The notes beneath the pieces are model-generated. The model saw only the letters and a program-made list of their open reading frames with translations, made no database searches and was not told where the DNA came from. The translations under genes were made by a program, and so were the position numbers. 64,000 bases of DNA from positions 7,920 through 71,919 of the forward strand of contig JACPVC010000006.1 of assembly GCA_016191955.1 (NCBI GenBank), in the 5' to 3' direction. The DNA is from Chloroflexota bacterium. GTDB lineage: Bacteria > Chloroflexota > Anaerolineae > Anaerolineales > Villigracilaceae. Below, one piece after another: positions 38,186 to 47,038 of this stretch; positions within the stretch are counted from its first letter, which is position 1; each line of letters begins with the position of its first letter.

Positions 38186-39493
38186 ATGAAGTTTTTCAAT
38201 AATCGTTTTAACCTTATTGTCGGTGGGCTGGTCTTAATCGCACTTCTCGCAGTGGCTGTATTTTATTTTCAGAACTCTGCAAACACAGCCGCTGCTAAAA
38301 CCTCTGTCCTGCAAACTGCAAAAGTCCGCACGGGAGATTTGGTCATCATCGCCAGCGGCGCGGGCGTGGTCGAACCTGCCGTACAGGTTGACCTTGCCTT
38401 TCGTTCTGCGGGTGTATTGAATGACTTGAATGTTCAAGTAGGCGATCAGGTAACGTCTGCTCAGGTGCTTGCGCGGCTCGAAGAAAACCTGCAGGCTGAA
38501 ACTGATTTTCAGGCATTGTTCTCTGCGGAAGGAATCGCACAGGCAGAGTTGGCGCTTGCGAATGCCGAGGATCATCTGGTTGACACAACCAACACATACA
38601 TTTACTCCATCGGCGATGAAGCATGGTATTGGCAGGGCGAATTGGAAAATGCCGAGGCGGCGTTGAATGCCCTTGGCGCAGCGGCAACTACAAGTCAAAA
38701 AGAAGAGGCGCAGAAATTGATCGATGATGCTCGCGCGCATTTTGATTACTATGTCAGCGTGCAGGAAATCCCAGCCGTTGATATCGCTCTTGCCCGTGCC
38801 AATCTTGAATCTGCAAAGGTGGCATTGACCGACGCCCAAGCCGCTCTCGATATCGTCACGGCTGGACCCGCTGCTTTGAAATCATCCATCTCGATCATTG
38901 GCAAGGAAACATCCAGGCTGGAAAGCGCGCGCCTTGCGGTGGAAAGCACACGCCTGACCGCGCCATTTGATGGGACTGCCATCTCTGTAAAAGTTGTCGA
39001 GGGGCAGATGGTGAACACATCGCCTGTGATGACCATTGCCACAACCGACAAACTATTCGCGCATATTTATCTCGATGAAACCGATCTTGAGAAAGTGGGG
39101 GTTGGAAAACGCGTGACCATCACTTTTGATGCATACCCAAACACACCCGTTGAAGGCGAGATCGTTCTTGTTGAACCCGCCCTGCAAAACGTGGATGGTT
39201 CGTCCGTTGTCGCTGCATGGGCAACTTTTGCAGAAACAAACTTTACGATCTTATCTGGCATGAACCTTGAAGCGGAAGTGATCGCAGGCGAAGCCCGCGA
39301 TGCGCTCATCATCCCGAAACAGGCGCTGCGCGAATTGGAGCCTGGCAGCTTTGCAGTCTTTGTCGTTGCCGCCGATGGACAGTTACTCCTCACCCCCGTT
39401 GAAGTCGGTTTGATGGATTATGCCAACGCTGAAATTTTGAGCGGCTTGCAAGTCGGCGACGTGGTCAGCACGGGCAATGTGGAAACGAAATAA
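38186..39493 (+). CDS. MacA/HlyD-family periplasmic adaptor
   Basis: Start MKFFNNR after AAGGAG; N-terminal TM; lipoyl-like halves (VQVGDQV, LTAPFDG); helical hairpin; VEVGLMD. Confidence 0.9.
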   Translation: MKFFNNRFNLIVGGLVLIALLAVAVFYFQNSANTAAAKTSVLQTAKVRTGDLVIIASGAGVVEPAVQVDLAFRSAGVLNDLNVQVGDQVTSAQVLARLEENLQAETDFQALFSAEGIAQAELALANAEDHLVDTTNTYIYSIGDEAWYWQGELENAEAALNALGAAATTSQKEEAQKLIDDARAHFDYYVSVQEIPAVDIALARANLESAKVALTDAQAALDIVTAGPAALKSSISIIGKETSRLESARLAVESTRLTAPFDGTAISVKVVEGQMVNTSPVMTIATTDKLFAHIYLDETDLEKVGVGKRVTITFDAYPNTPVEGEIVLVEPALQNVDGSSVVAAWATFAETNFTILSGMNLEAEVIAGEARDALIIPKQALRELEPGSFAVFVVAADGQLLLTPVEVGLMDYANAEILSGLQVGDVVSTGNVETK

Positions 39494-39501
39494 AGCCCGC
39501 C

Positions 39502-40230
39502 ATGAACAATCATCTTATTGAAATTCAAGGGTTGACCAAAGTGTACGGTGTGGACGAAGCCACAGTCCATGCGCTCGCAGGCATCGAGATGAGCGTGGAT
39601 AAAAACGAATTCGTCGCCATCATGGGGCATTCCGGTTCGGGCAAATCCACGCTGATGAACATCCTCGGCTGCCTTGATCTTCCAACATCGGGAAGCTACA
39701 TGTTCGACGGACGCGATGTTAGCAAACTGAGCAAAAACGACCTGGCTGAAGTCCGCAATCAAAAACTCGGTTTTATTTTTCAATCGTTCAACCTTTTGCC
39801 GCGTTTGAGCGCGCTTGCGAACGTCATGCTCCCCATGCTTTACAACATGGATGAAGATGTGAGCGATGAAGAAGCCAAACGACGGGCAATTGCTTCGCTC
39901 GAAGCGGTCGGACTTGGGGATCGCCTGCATCATCATCCCAATCAGTTATCTGGCGGACAGCAGCAGCGCGTGGCGATTGCCCGCGCACTGGTGAACAACC
40001 CGCCGCTCATTCTGGCGGACGAACCCACAGGCAATCTTGATTCAAAGTCCAGCGTAGAGATCATGGATATTTTGCACAAACTTCATAAGGGTGGCGCGAC
40101 CATCATCATGGTAACGCATGAACCTGATATCGCCGAACACGCCGAGCGCGTGATCTGCGTGAAGGATGGAGTGATCCTTTCTGATGGGCGCGATGGGAAT
40201 AATCTGTGCTTGAATAAGAGGACGCTATGA
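39502..40230 (+). CDS. MacB/LolD-like ABC ATP-binding protein
   Basis: [43 protein letters not shown]. Confidence 0.94.
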   Translation: MNNHLIEIQGLTKVYGVDEATVHALAGIEMSVDKNEFVAIMGHSGSGKSTLMNILGCLDLPTSGSYMFDGRDVSKLSKNDLAEVRNQKLGFIFQSFNLLPRLSALANVMLPMLYNMDEDVSDEEAKRRAIASLEAVGLGDRLHHHPNQLSGGQQQRVAIARALVNNPPLILADEPTGNLDSKSSVEIMDILHKLHKGGATIIMVTHEPDIAEHAERVICVKDGVILSDGRDGNNLCLNKRTL

Positions 40231-41438
40231 AATTCAAAAAAATATTGCGCACCGCATGGGAAGGACTCATGCTGAACAAAGTGCGCTCCTTCCTCACTAC
40301 GTTGGGAGTCATTATCGGCGTGGCTTCGGTGATCGTGATGCTGTCCGTCAGCGCGGGCACGGAAGCCGCAATCGCAGACCAGATTAACGCGCTTGGAGCC
40401 AACCTGATCATCGTCGCCCCGATGCGCGGCATTCCAGGCGCGGGACGTACGATGATGATCGATGATGCGTACGCAATTCAGGATCAAGTCGTTGGCATTG
40501 ACGGAATCTCTGCCGAGCAAGGACCCGCTCCGCAAACGGTTAAAGGAAACGGCGTGACGCTTGATTCGATCGCAGTGATTGGCACAACCGCGAGTTTCCC
40601 TTCCGTGCGTGATTACGCAGTCGCTTCGGGCGCGTATTTCACTGAAGGCGAAGATGAACGTAAAGCGAAAATCGCTGTACTGGGAGCGGGCATTGCCAGG
40701 GATCTATTCGGCGATACGAGTCCGCTTGGGCAGACGGTCACGGTGGGCTCAGTGAAACTGACTGTTATTGGCGTGATGGAAACTAAAGGCATGGTCGCGG
40801 ACGTGGATTACGACGGACGTGTGTATCTGCCCATCAACCTCGTCTTCCAAAAATATATGTCCGAAATGGCAATTGGCGGGGATCGTGTGCGCACTATTTA
40901 CGTCAAAGCCAGCAACCAGGAAAACATTCCCAGCATCATCACGCAAGTAACAGCGTTATTGAGCGAGCGGCATGACGTCAACCCATCTCAGCCTGATTTC
41001 ACAGTCCAGACCCAGCAGGACATCATCGCAACGCAGGAAGCAACCACAGCGGCTTTTCGTGACCTGCTTGGGTGGGTGGCGGGCGTGTCACTGCTTGTCG
41101 GCGGCATCGGTATCATGAATATCATGCTGGTCTCCGTCACAGAACGCACCCGCGAGATTGGTCTGCGTCAGGCATTGGGGGCGCGCTCATCGGATGTGCT
41201 GCTTCAATTTTTACTCGAAGCCATCATCCTGAGTCTCGCTGGCGGGTTGGTTGGAGTTGCCTCGGGAGTCGGCGGCTCATATCTCTTCAGCATCTTCGGC
41301 GGGATGCAAACCTCCATCGTGCCAGGCTCCATTCCGCTGGCGTTTGGCGCAGCGGCTGTGGTGGGCATCTTCTTCGGATATTACCCCGCGACCCGCGCCG
41401 CAAAGCTCTCTCCCATTGAAGCGCTAAGGCGCGAGTAA
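40227..41438 (+). CDS. MacB/FtsX-family ABC permease
   Basis: RSFLTTLGVIIGV; GGIGIMNIMLVSVTERTREIG; PIEALRRE. Confidence 0.94.
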   Translation: MKFKKILRTAWEGLMLNKVRSFLTTLGVIIGVASVIVMLSVSAGTEAAIADQINALGANLIIVAPMRGIPGAGRTMMIDDAYAIQDQVVGIDGISAEQGPAPQTVKGNGVTLDSIAVIGTTASFPSVRDYAVASGAYFTEGEDERKAKIAVLGAGIARDLFGDTSPLGQTVTVGSVKLTVIGVMETKGMVADVDYDGRVYLPINLVFQKYMSEMAIGGDRVRTIYVKASNQENIPSIITQVTALLSERHDVNPSQPDFTVQTQQDIIATQEATTAAFRDLLGWVAGVSLLVGGIGIMNIMLVSVTERTREIGLRQALGARSSDVLLQFLLEAIILSLAGGLVGVASGVGGSYLFSIFGGMQTSIVPGSIPLAFGAAAVVGIFFGYYPATRAAKLSPIEALRRE

Positions 41439-41443
41439 ACATC

Positions 41444-41513
41444 CACTGTGAGCGAAGCCAGGCAATCCCATTGCAACAGGAGATTGCTTCGGGCTATCGC
41501 CCTGGCAATGACA
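41444..41513. repeat. Degenerate copy of the GCAATC..GATTGC..GCAATGACA palindrome family
   Basis: GGCAATCCC / GGAGATTGCTTC and terminal CCTGGCAATGACA, similar to 31015-31109. Confidence 0.65.
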
Positions 41514-41541
41514 TAAAAAATCATAAAAAGGAAACATAATC

Positions 41542-42108
41542 ATGAAACGTATTTTGATCTTCACCTTATTGCTCTCTGCTCTTTTGATCGCATCCTGTGG
41601 CACGAATGCCGCTGCTTCTTCAACCAGCGATGAATACACCAGCTCAAGTCTCCCCGTAGATTATGAAAACGCCTTACCTGTCCGCAACCAACTTGCCATT
41701 GGCACCATGAAACTGGACGGCACAGCACAGGCAGTTACACCCAATCAGGCGAAAACATTGCTTCCGCTGTATCAAGCCCTGCGTGGAACCAGCGCCAGCG
41801 GCGGCAGTTCACAAGAAGAAATCTCCGCTTTGCTTTTGCAGATCGAATCTACAATGACAGCCGAACAATTAAGTGTGATCGGCGGAATGAAATTAACCTT
41901 CACCGACATGCAAACCTGGGCGACTGAGAACGGAATCACTCTCAGCCAAAACGGCGGACAGCCCGGCTCTGGCATGGGGCTGTCTGCTGAAGAACGTGCC
42001 ACCAAGCAAGCCGCCGAAGGCATGACAGGACAAACTCCCGGCAGCAGCGGCGGCGGCACGGCAGTGATGGATGCGGTCATTAACTACCTTGGCGGGCTTG
42101 CTCAATAA
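41542..42108 (+). CDS. Lipoprotein of unknown function, likely associated with the efflux operon
   Basis: SD AAAAGGAAA; lipobox IASC; helical; Gly-rich tail. Confidence 0.75.
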   Translation: MKRILIFTLLLSALLIASCGTNAAASSTSDEYTSSSLPVDYENALPVRNQLAIGTMKLDGTAQAVTPNQAKTLLPLYQALRGTSASGGSSQEEISALLLQIESTMTAEQLSVIGGMKLTFTDMQTWATENGITLSQNGGQPGSGMGLSAEERATKQAAEGMTGQTPGSSGGGTAVMDAVINYLGGLAQ

Positions 42109-42191
42109 AAATATATAGTCATTCCATCGATTGAATATTCTGTCTCGTCATAAATTGCTGTCGGCTCATCTATAAACAATGAACGGACGTT

Positions 42192-42244
42192 GCACCTGCC
42201 ACATTGGCATCGCTCTGCGAATGCGAAGCCGATGTGGCAGGTGC
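42192..42244. repeat. REP-like palindrome (GCACCTGCC family)
   Basis: Perfect 13-bp arms GCACCTGCCACAT / ATGTGGCAGGTGC. Confidence 0.7.
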
Positions 42245-42621
42245 CAGGGGAGAACGTCTGCCTACGCCAGCGTAAAAGACGCTCTCTAGTGGTGCGTTTG
42301 AAAAGTATTTTAACCTTCAGAGTTGATCCAAGTCTGGGATGTGTGGATCAGGCGTCGCGTAGGCTTGGGAGCTTTGATCGCGTCTGTGTACTCTTAACTT
42401 CGATTCAATCATTCTATCGACATCTTGACCGATAGAATATTCACGTATTTCCGTTAAATCCATGCAGAATGGCATGTTTGGTGACAGGTCTTTCATTCCA
42501 ACTACCTCCTGCGGCGTCAAGTACGATACTCGGTTTTCCAATTACAAAGCCCCCACCGTCAACTTTGGATGACTGCAGGGCATGCATGTCTTGCTTGTGT
42601 ATAGCGAAGATTTGCCGTTGC

Positions 42622-43116
42622 TCAGAATATCTTACTTGAAATTATCTCCCGCACAATTTCACTCAACGGCATGGATATATCCATGGTAAGTGAATTCGTT
42701 GGTTCTTCGAGCGCGTCGAATTGACTCTTCAACATGTATGGCTTCATGTAATGTTCCGTCCGCTTTTCCATTCGCGACGAGATCAATTCGTAACTGCCTT
42801 TGAGGTAGACGATTTGCACGCCCTCGTTTCCATCCATGAGTTGTTGACGATAACGTTCTTTGAGAGCAGAGCAAGCCAGCACACCGGGGCGATCCGCTTT
42901 CAGCGAAGATGAAATCAACTCGTGCAGGGCAGCCAGCCACGGGGCGCGGTCAGAATCGTCAAGCGGAACCCCGTTTTCCATTTTGGCAACATTTGCAGAC
43001 GGATGAAAATCATCGGCGTCGTAAAAATCCCATCCCAGGGAATCCGCGAGAGATTTTCCCACGCTAGTCTTGCCGCATCCAGAGACTCCCATCACGATAA
43101 AGAAACGAACCTTCAT
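42622..43116 (-). CDS. gntK: Gluconokinase (GntK/IdnK type)
   Basis: MGVSGCGKT, DADDFHP, PLDDSDRAPWL, LACSALKERYR, LKSQFDALEEP. Confidence 0.92.
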   Translation of the reverse strand: MKVRFFIVMGVSGCGKTSVGKSLADSLGWDFYDADDFHPSANVAKMENGVPLDDSDRAPWLAALHELISSSLKADRPGVLACSALKERYRQQLMDGNEGVQIVYLKGSYELISSRMEKRTEHYMKPYMLKSQFDALEEPTNSLTMDISMPLSEIVREIISSKIF

Positions 43117-44372
43117 GTCTTCAACCGATATAAGATCTCGCCCGCTTTGGGCACAAATAAAATCCCATCTTCCTCACGATCCTTCCATTCATCCGCATTG
43201 ACCTTTGAGGGGTCGAGATAGCCAAGATTAAGTCTTGCACAATCCTCTGCTGAGATTTTACTCGCCAGCGTCACACGCACGTTCGGTTTTTCGATTCCGT
43301 TTTGCATCACGCCTGAGCCGCGTAAATGCGTGCTGTGAGCCAGCACACCGAGCGGAATATTTTTGAATCGCTCCCACTGATTTAAAAAATACGGCAGGAT
43401 GTGATAACCCACCTCGTAAATATATTTTCCATGCACATGACTTACCACATCCAAATGCGGCGCATAAATCACGACCTCTCCACCGAGCGCCACCGCAGGC
43501 TCCAGTTTATACATCGCCTTCGCGCCCGTCCATAGTTCATCGTACATGGGAGGAGCTACAGATAGGACTCGCTTAAATGGTTTCTCACACCAGCGGATGT
43601 GACGTTGCGCAGATAGCTCCGCCGCCTCATTCCAAGCCGACAAATGGTCGCCAACGAATAGCCCACTCAAGCCTTTGCCTTCCACCACCAATGCAATCAG
43701 CGTGAGCGGTGTCTTCAGTCTCTCTGCTGCCGCATGGATCATCGCGCGCACGGGCGTATCTTTAATGCCAATTGTCCCAACAACACCAGCTAGAGCTCCA
43801 AGCCAATGCGTAGCATTGATCATCTCCGCGCCAGAGATGCCAGGGAAGAGATATTTTGCGCCGCCCGAAAACCCAACCACTTCATGCGGGAACGTCGGTC
43901 CCAGAATCAGGATGTGGTCATATTCCAACGCCGCCTTGTTGATGCGGATGTCCACTTCGTTGGGTAAAGATGAATGCCAATTATTTCCTGCGATTTGTTT
44001 AATTTCATCTTGCTCAATCACCCCAAGCGAAATTAACGCAGACGGTGTGTCCCACGCATGATTCAGTAAACCGACATGTTTGAATGTTGTTGTTCGTTCT
44101 TCTTTTGTAACGCCAACCAGCTTATTGAGACTCTCTTCGCTCAATGGCGGATGGGTTCCCAATGCAACCATGAAATCAAGTTGTTTCGTGTCATGCAGCG
44201 CATCCACAAGCGAACGGAATAAAAATGGCAACGGTAATGAGCGTGTGTGGTCAGGGATCAAAACCAGTATACGTTTGTTTTTAAATTGACCATCAAGTAC
44301 GCCAAGGGTTTTGCGTATTTCATCGTCCGTAAGGAGTTGTCCAGGTGAGGCTATTGCTTGAGTCTGAATCAT
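43113..44372 (-). CDS. LarA-family nickel-pincer racemase/epimerase (candidate D-gluconate/D-mannonate 2-epimerase)
   Basis: PDHTR, ALGTH, HEVVGFSGGAKYLFPG motifs; overlaps the gntK start. Confidence 0.85.
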   Translation of the reverse strand: MIQTQAIASPGQLLTDDEIRKTLGVLDGQFKNKRILVLIPDHTRSLPLPFLFRSLVDALHDTKQLDFMVALGTHPPLSEESLNKLVGVTKEERTTTFKHVGLLNHAWDTPSALISLGVIEQDEIKQIAGNNWHSSLPNEVDIRINKAALEYDHILILGPTFPHEVVGFSGGAKYLFPGISGAEMINATHWLGALAGVVGTIGIKDTPVRAMIHAAAERLKTPLTLIALVVEGKGLSGLFVGDHLSAWNEAAELSAQRHIRWCEKPFKRVLSVAPPMYDELWTGAKAMYKLEPAVALGGEVVIYAPHLDVVSHVHGKYIYEVGYHILPYFLNQWERFKNIPLGVLAHSTHLRGSGVMQNGIEKPNVRVTLASKISAEDCARLNLGYLDPSKVNADEWKDREEDGILFVPKAGEILYRLKT

Positions 44373-44506
44373 CCGTTATCCGTTTCCAAATCCGTTTGTA
44401 AAATCCGTGTATCCGTTAAATATCCGTTGAAATCATCCGTTTATCCGCTTGGCGAAGCCATCCGTTGACCACATCCGTGCATTCGTTTTGCGAAGCCATC
44501 CGTTGA
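44371..44506. repeat. Irregular tandem array of about 12 ATCCGT(T) units
   Basis: All units co-oriented with variable short spacers; GCGAAGCCATCCGTTGA occurs twice; fills the uxuB-larA gap. Confidence 0.8.
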
Positions 44507-45349
44507 TTACACACCGCTGAATGCCGAGAACCCACCGTCAATTGGAATCACCGCTCCCGTCACAAAAGCGGATGCGGGGGAGATCAGCCACATCGTCGCA
44601 CCGAGCAGGTCATCGGGAGTCCCGAAGCGGTTCATTGGGGTGTGAGTCAAAATGGATCGACCTCTCGAAGACAATTCGCCAGCGTCCTTATCCGTAAGCA
44701 GGAATCGATTCTGTTCTGTCAAGAAAAACCCAGGCGCAATCGCATTGACCCGGATGTGCGGTGAATAGTTCTGCGCCATGTGGACAGCCAACCATTGCGT
44801 GAAGTTACTGACTGCCGCCTTGGCAGCCGAATACGCAGGGATGCGCGTGAGCGGACGAAAGGCATTCATCGAAGAGACATTGAGGATCAGTCCCTCGCCG
44901 CGTTCTGCCATGCCACGCCCAAATACCTGACACGGTAGAATCGTGCCGAGTAGATTCAAATCACCAACGTAATGAAGCGCATCGAGCGGCAGATCGAAGA
45001 AGGAGAGATCAGGCTTCGTTGTCGCAGAAGGATGATTGCCTCCCGCTGCGTTGACGAGAATATCCACACTGCCAAATTGTGCGCGGATGATATCGTGCGC
45101 CTGTTGCAGCGATTCGGAATCCAACACATCCCCTTTGACGTAAATCACCTTGCCTTTGTTCTTTATTTCGTTGTTGATCTCTGAAACTGATTTTTCCCCA
45201 CGCTCTGCATTGCGACTCAAAATCGCCACGTTCGCATTGCACTCCATAAGTATACGGGCAATACCGACTCCAAGAACACCCGCGCCGCCAGTTATTAAAA
45301 CCGTGCGATCTGTAAAATCATAAAACGACAGAAACTCTTCTCGATCCAT
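44507..45349 (-). CDS. uxuB: D-mannonate oxidoreductase (fructuronate reductase), SDR type
   Basis: TGGAGVLG, NAAGGNHPSATT, RPLTRIPAYSAAK, NAIAPGFFLTEQNR, DGGFSAFSGV; adjacent to uxaE. Confidence 0.85.
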   Translation of the reverse strand: MDREEFLSFYDFTDRTVLITGGAGVLGVGIARILMECNANVAILSRNAERGEKSVSEINNEIKNKGKVIYVKGDVLDSESLQQAHDIIRAQFGSVDILVNAAGGNHPSATTKPDLSFFDLPLDALHYVGDLNLLGTILPCQVFGRGMAERGEGLILNVSSMNAFRPLTRIPAYSAAKAAVSNFTQWLAVHMAQNYSPHIRVNAIAPGFFLTEQNRFLLTDKDAGELSSRGRSILTHTPMNRFGTPDDLLGATMWLISPASAFVTGAVIPIDGGFSAFSGV

Positions 45350-45350
45350 G

Positions 45351-46517
45351 TTATGGCTTGAGCAAACTCAGGTGCTTTTCGAAATGTGTTCGCAAACCTT
45401 CGTAATAGGCGGTTTCGTGTTTTAACAGCGCCGCTTTCAATTCCGCGCCGAACTTTCCAAGCGCAGACCCAAACGTCACATGCAAAACTTCACGCGCGTG
45501 GAAATCTTCCAACAACGAAGGCAGGTCATTGGTTTGTGGTAACTTGCTCAACTCCGCTGAAACGTGATAGGTCTTTTTGTCGTTTTCATAGTGTTTACGT
45601 CCGAGCGAGTAAATTTTCAAAAATAAATCAGGCTCATGTTTCGCCAGCACGCGCAGCGCTTCGAGATAACTCGTCCCCGCCGTCTTCACATGAATCCGTT
45701 CGCCCCAATGTTTCGCCACCAACGGATAGACGCTGAATTTATCAGAACCCGAATGCAAACTCAACTTATATGTCCCGAAATGTGCGGTCACTGCGGCATG
45801 TTTTGACAACTCGATATCGAGTGCATTCAAATCACCAATGTAATCCACGCCCTTTTCAAAGCGACCAATAAAGCGCGGTGCAAGCGATGTGAACTTCACG
45901 CCCTTGCGCGTCAACTCATTGGTGATGAAGAAATGTTCGAGCGGGGCGGTGGGGGAGTCAGTTTCGTCCACGGAGACTTCAAAATCGAATGCCTCTTTCA
46001 AATCGGATAAACGCTTGAACATCGTAACTGCATGTCCGATGGCTTTGCTATACTTGACCGCCGCCCGCATCAACGACTCCGCCTCGAACCGCCCCCAAGT
46101 CTGATCCCCATCCCCCGACAGATACAACGCTGCCAGTTCATCCCAATTAAGACTTGCAATCTTTTGCTTCAACATTTCGAGAGAGTCTGTATCCGCTCCA
46201 TTGTCCACATGTTCACCGGGGTCAACCGTGAAGAAGGTATACCCTGCTTGAATGAACGGCGGGATGTCATCCACCGTCTTCAAGTGATCGGCATCTGCTC
46301 CCCAAGCGGAATCCCATTTCGAGGCTTCGACGGCGCGTTTGGCATCGTCCATTACCTGTTGCGGGGTGCGTCCCGTCCGCGCGTTCTCACGGACGGATTG
46401 CTGTGCAAAGAGCGGCGCGAACTTTGTGCCTTTGACCGCGGCAATGTGACCAGGCGTGGCTAAACCAAGACGATCACCGAAGCCGAAAGAAGAAGCAAGT
46501 GAGAGTGATGTCAGCAT
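45351..46517 (-). CDS. uxaE: Tagaturonate/fructuronate epimerase
   Basis: SFGFGDRLGLATPGH, AQQSVRE, GADADHLK, FEVSVDET, LAPRFIGRFEKGVDY, LSLHSGSDKF, HVKTAGTSYLEALR, LHVTFGS. Confidence 0.9.
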   Translation of the reverse strand: MLTSLSLASSFGFGDRLGLATPGHIAAVKGTKFAPLFAQQSVRENARTGRTPQQVMDDAKRAVEASKWDSAWGADADHLKTVDDIPPFIQAGYTFFTVDPGEHVDNGADTDSLEMLKQKIASLNWDELAALYLSGDGDQTWGRFEAESLMRAAVKYSKAIGHAVTMFKRLSDLKEAFDFEVSVDETDSPTAPLEHFFITNELTRKGVKFTSLAPRFIGRFEKGVDYIGDLNALDIELSKHAAVTAHFGTYKLSLHSGSDKFSVYPLVAKHWGERIHVKTAGTSYLEALRVLAKHEPDLFLKIYSLGRKHYENDKKTYHVSAELSKLPQTNDLPSLLEDFHAREVLHVTFGSALGKFGAELKAALLKHETAYYEGLRTHFEKHLSLLKP

Positions 46518-46573
46518 AAGGAGTTCCAAATTTTCGTTTCATTCAATCTGAACGTTGAGGTACAGAACATCAA

Positions 46574-47038
46574 CTATTTCGCAGGCGCTTGGAGCAATTC
46601 CAGCGTGATGCCATCGGGGTCAAGGAAGTAAATGGTGTAGCCGCCTTTGTTGATGCCCGCTTCAATGGCAATCGGTTTGTCCGCTTTGAACTGGACGCCC
46701 AATTCCTTGAGCCGCTTGAACTCCACATGAATATCGTCCACCATGAAAGCCCAGTGACCTACGCCGGTGCGGTTGGTATCGAGCGGAATGTCTTCGCCGC
46801 GCGGATTAATATATTCCACCAATTCAATGTGATGGCGCGATATGGGTATCGTTTGCCCCGGCACGCGCAGTTGGGCTACTTTAAGATGCGCGTCTTTATA
46901 CGCCACCAGTTTGTCGGTGTATTCATTCTTCTGAACCTGGTCGCGTACAAATTCCAAGCCTAATACTTCGGTGTACCATTTCACCGACGCTTCGATATTG
47001 CTTACTGTAAACGAGACATGCCAGAATCCTTGTATCAT
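46574..47038 (-). CDS. VOC/glyoxalase-family metalloprotein
   Basis: WHVSFTV, IELVEY, GHWAFMVDD, FLDPDGITLEL. Confidence 0.88.
   Translation of the reverse strand: MIQGFWHVSFTVSNIEASVKWYTEVLGLEFVRDQVQKNEYTDKLVAYKDAHLKVAQLRVPGQTIPISRHHIELVEYINPRGEDIPLDTNRTGVGHWAFMVDDIHVEFKRLKELGVQFKADKPIAIEAGINKGGYTIYFLDPDGITLELLQAPAK

Noticed and set aside
42246-42621. ORFs 42317-42541 (-) and 42190-42435 (+) in the gap between convergent operons
   Set aside because: No recognisable motif or SD; one overlaps a palindrome. Possibly decayed DNA, but unsupported.
44371-44506. ATCCGT array as a CRISPR array
   Set aside because: Units are 6-7 bp with irregular short spacers; there are no 25-45-bp repeats with unique spacers and no cas genes.
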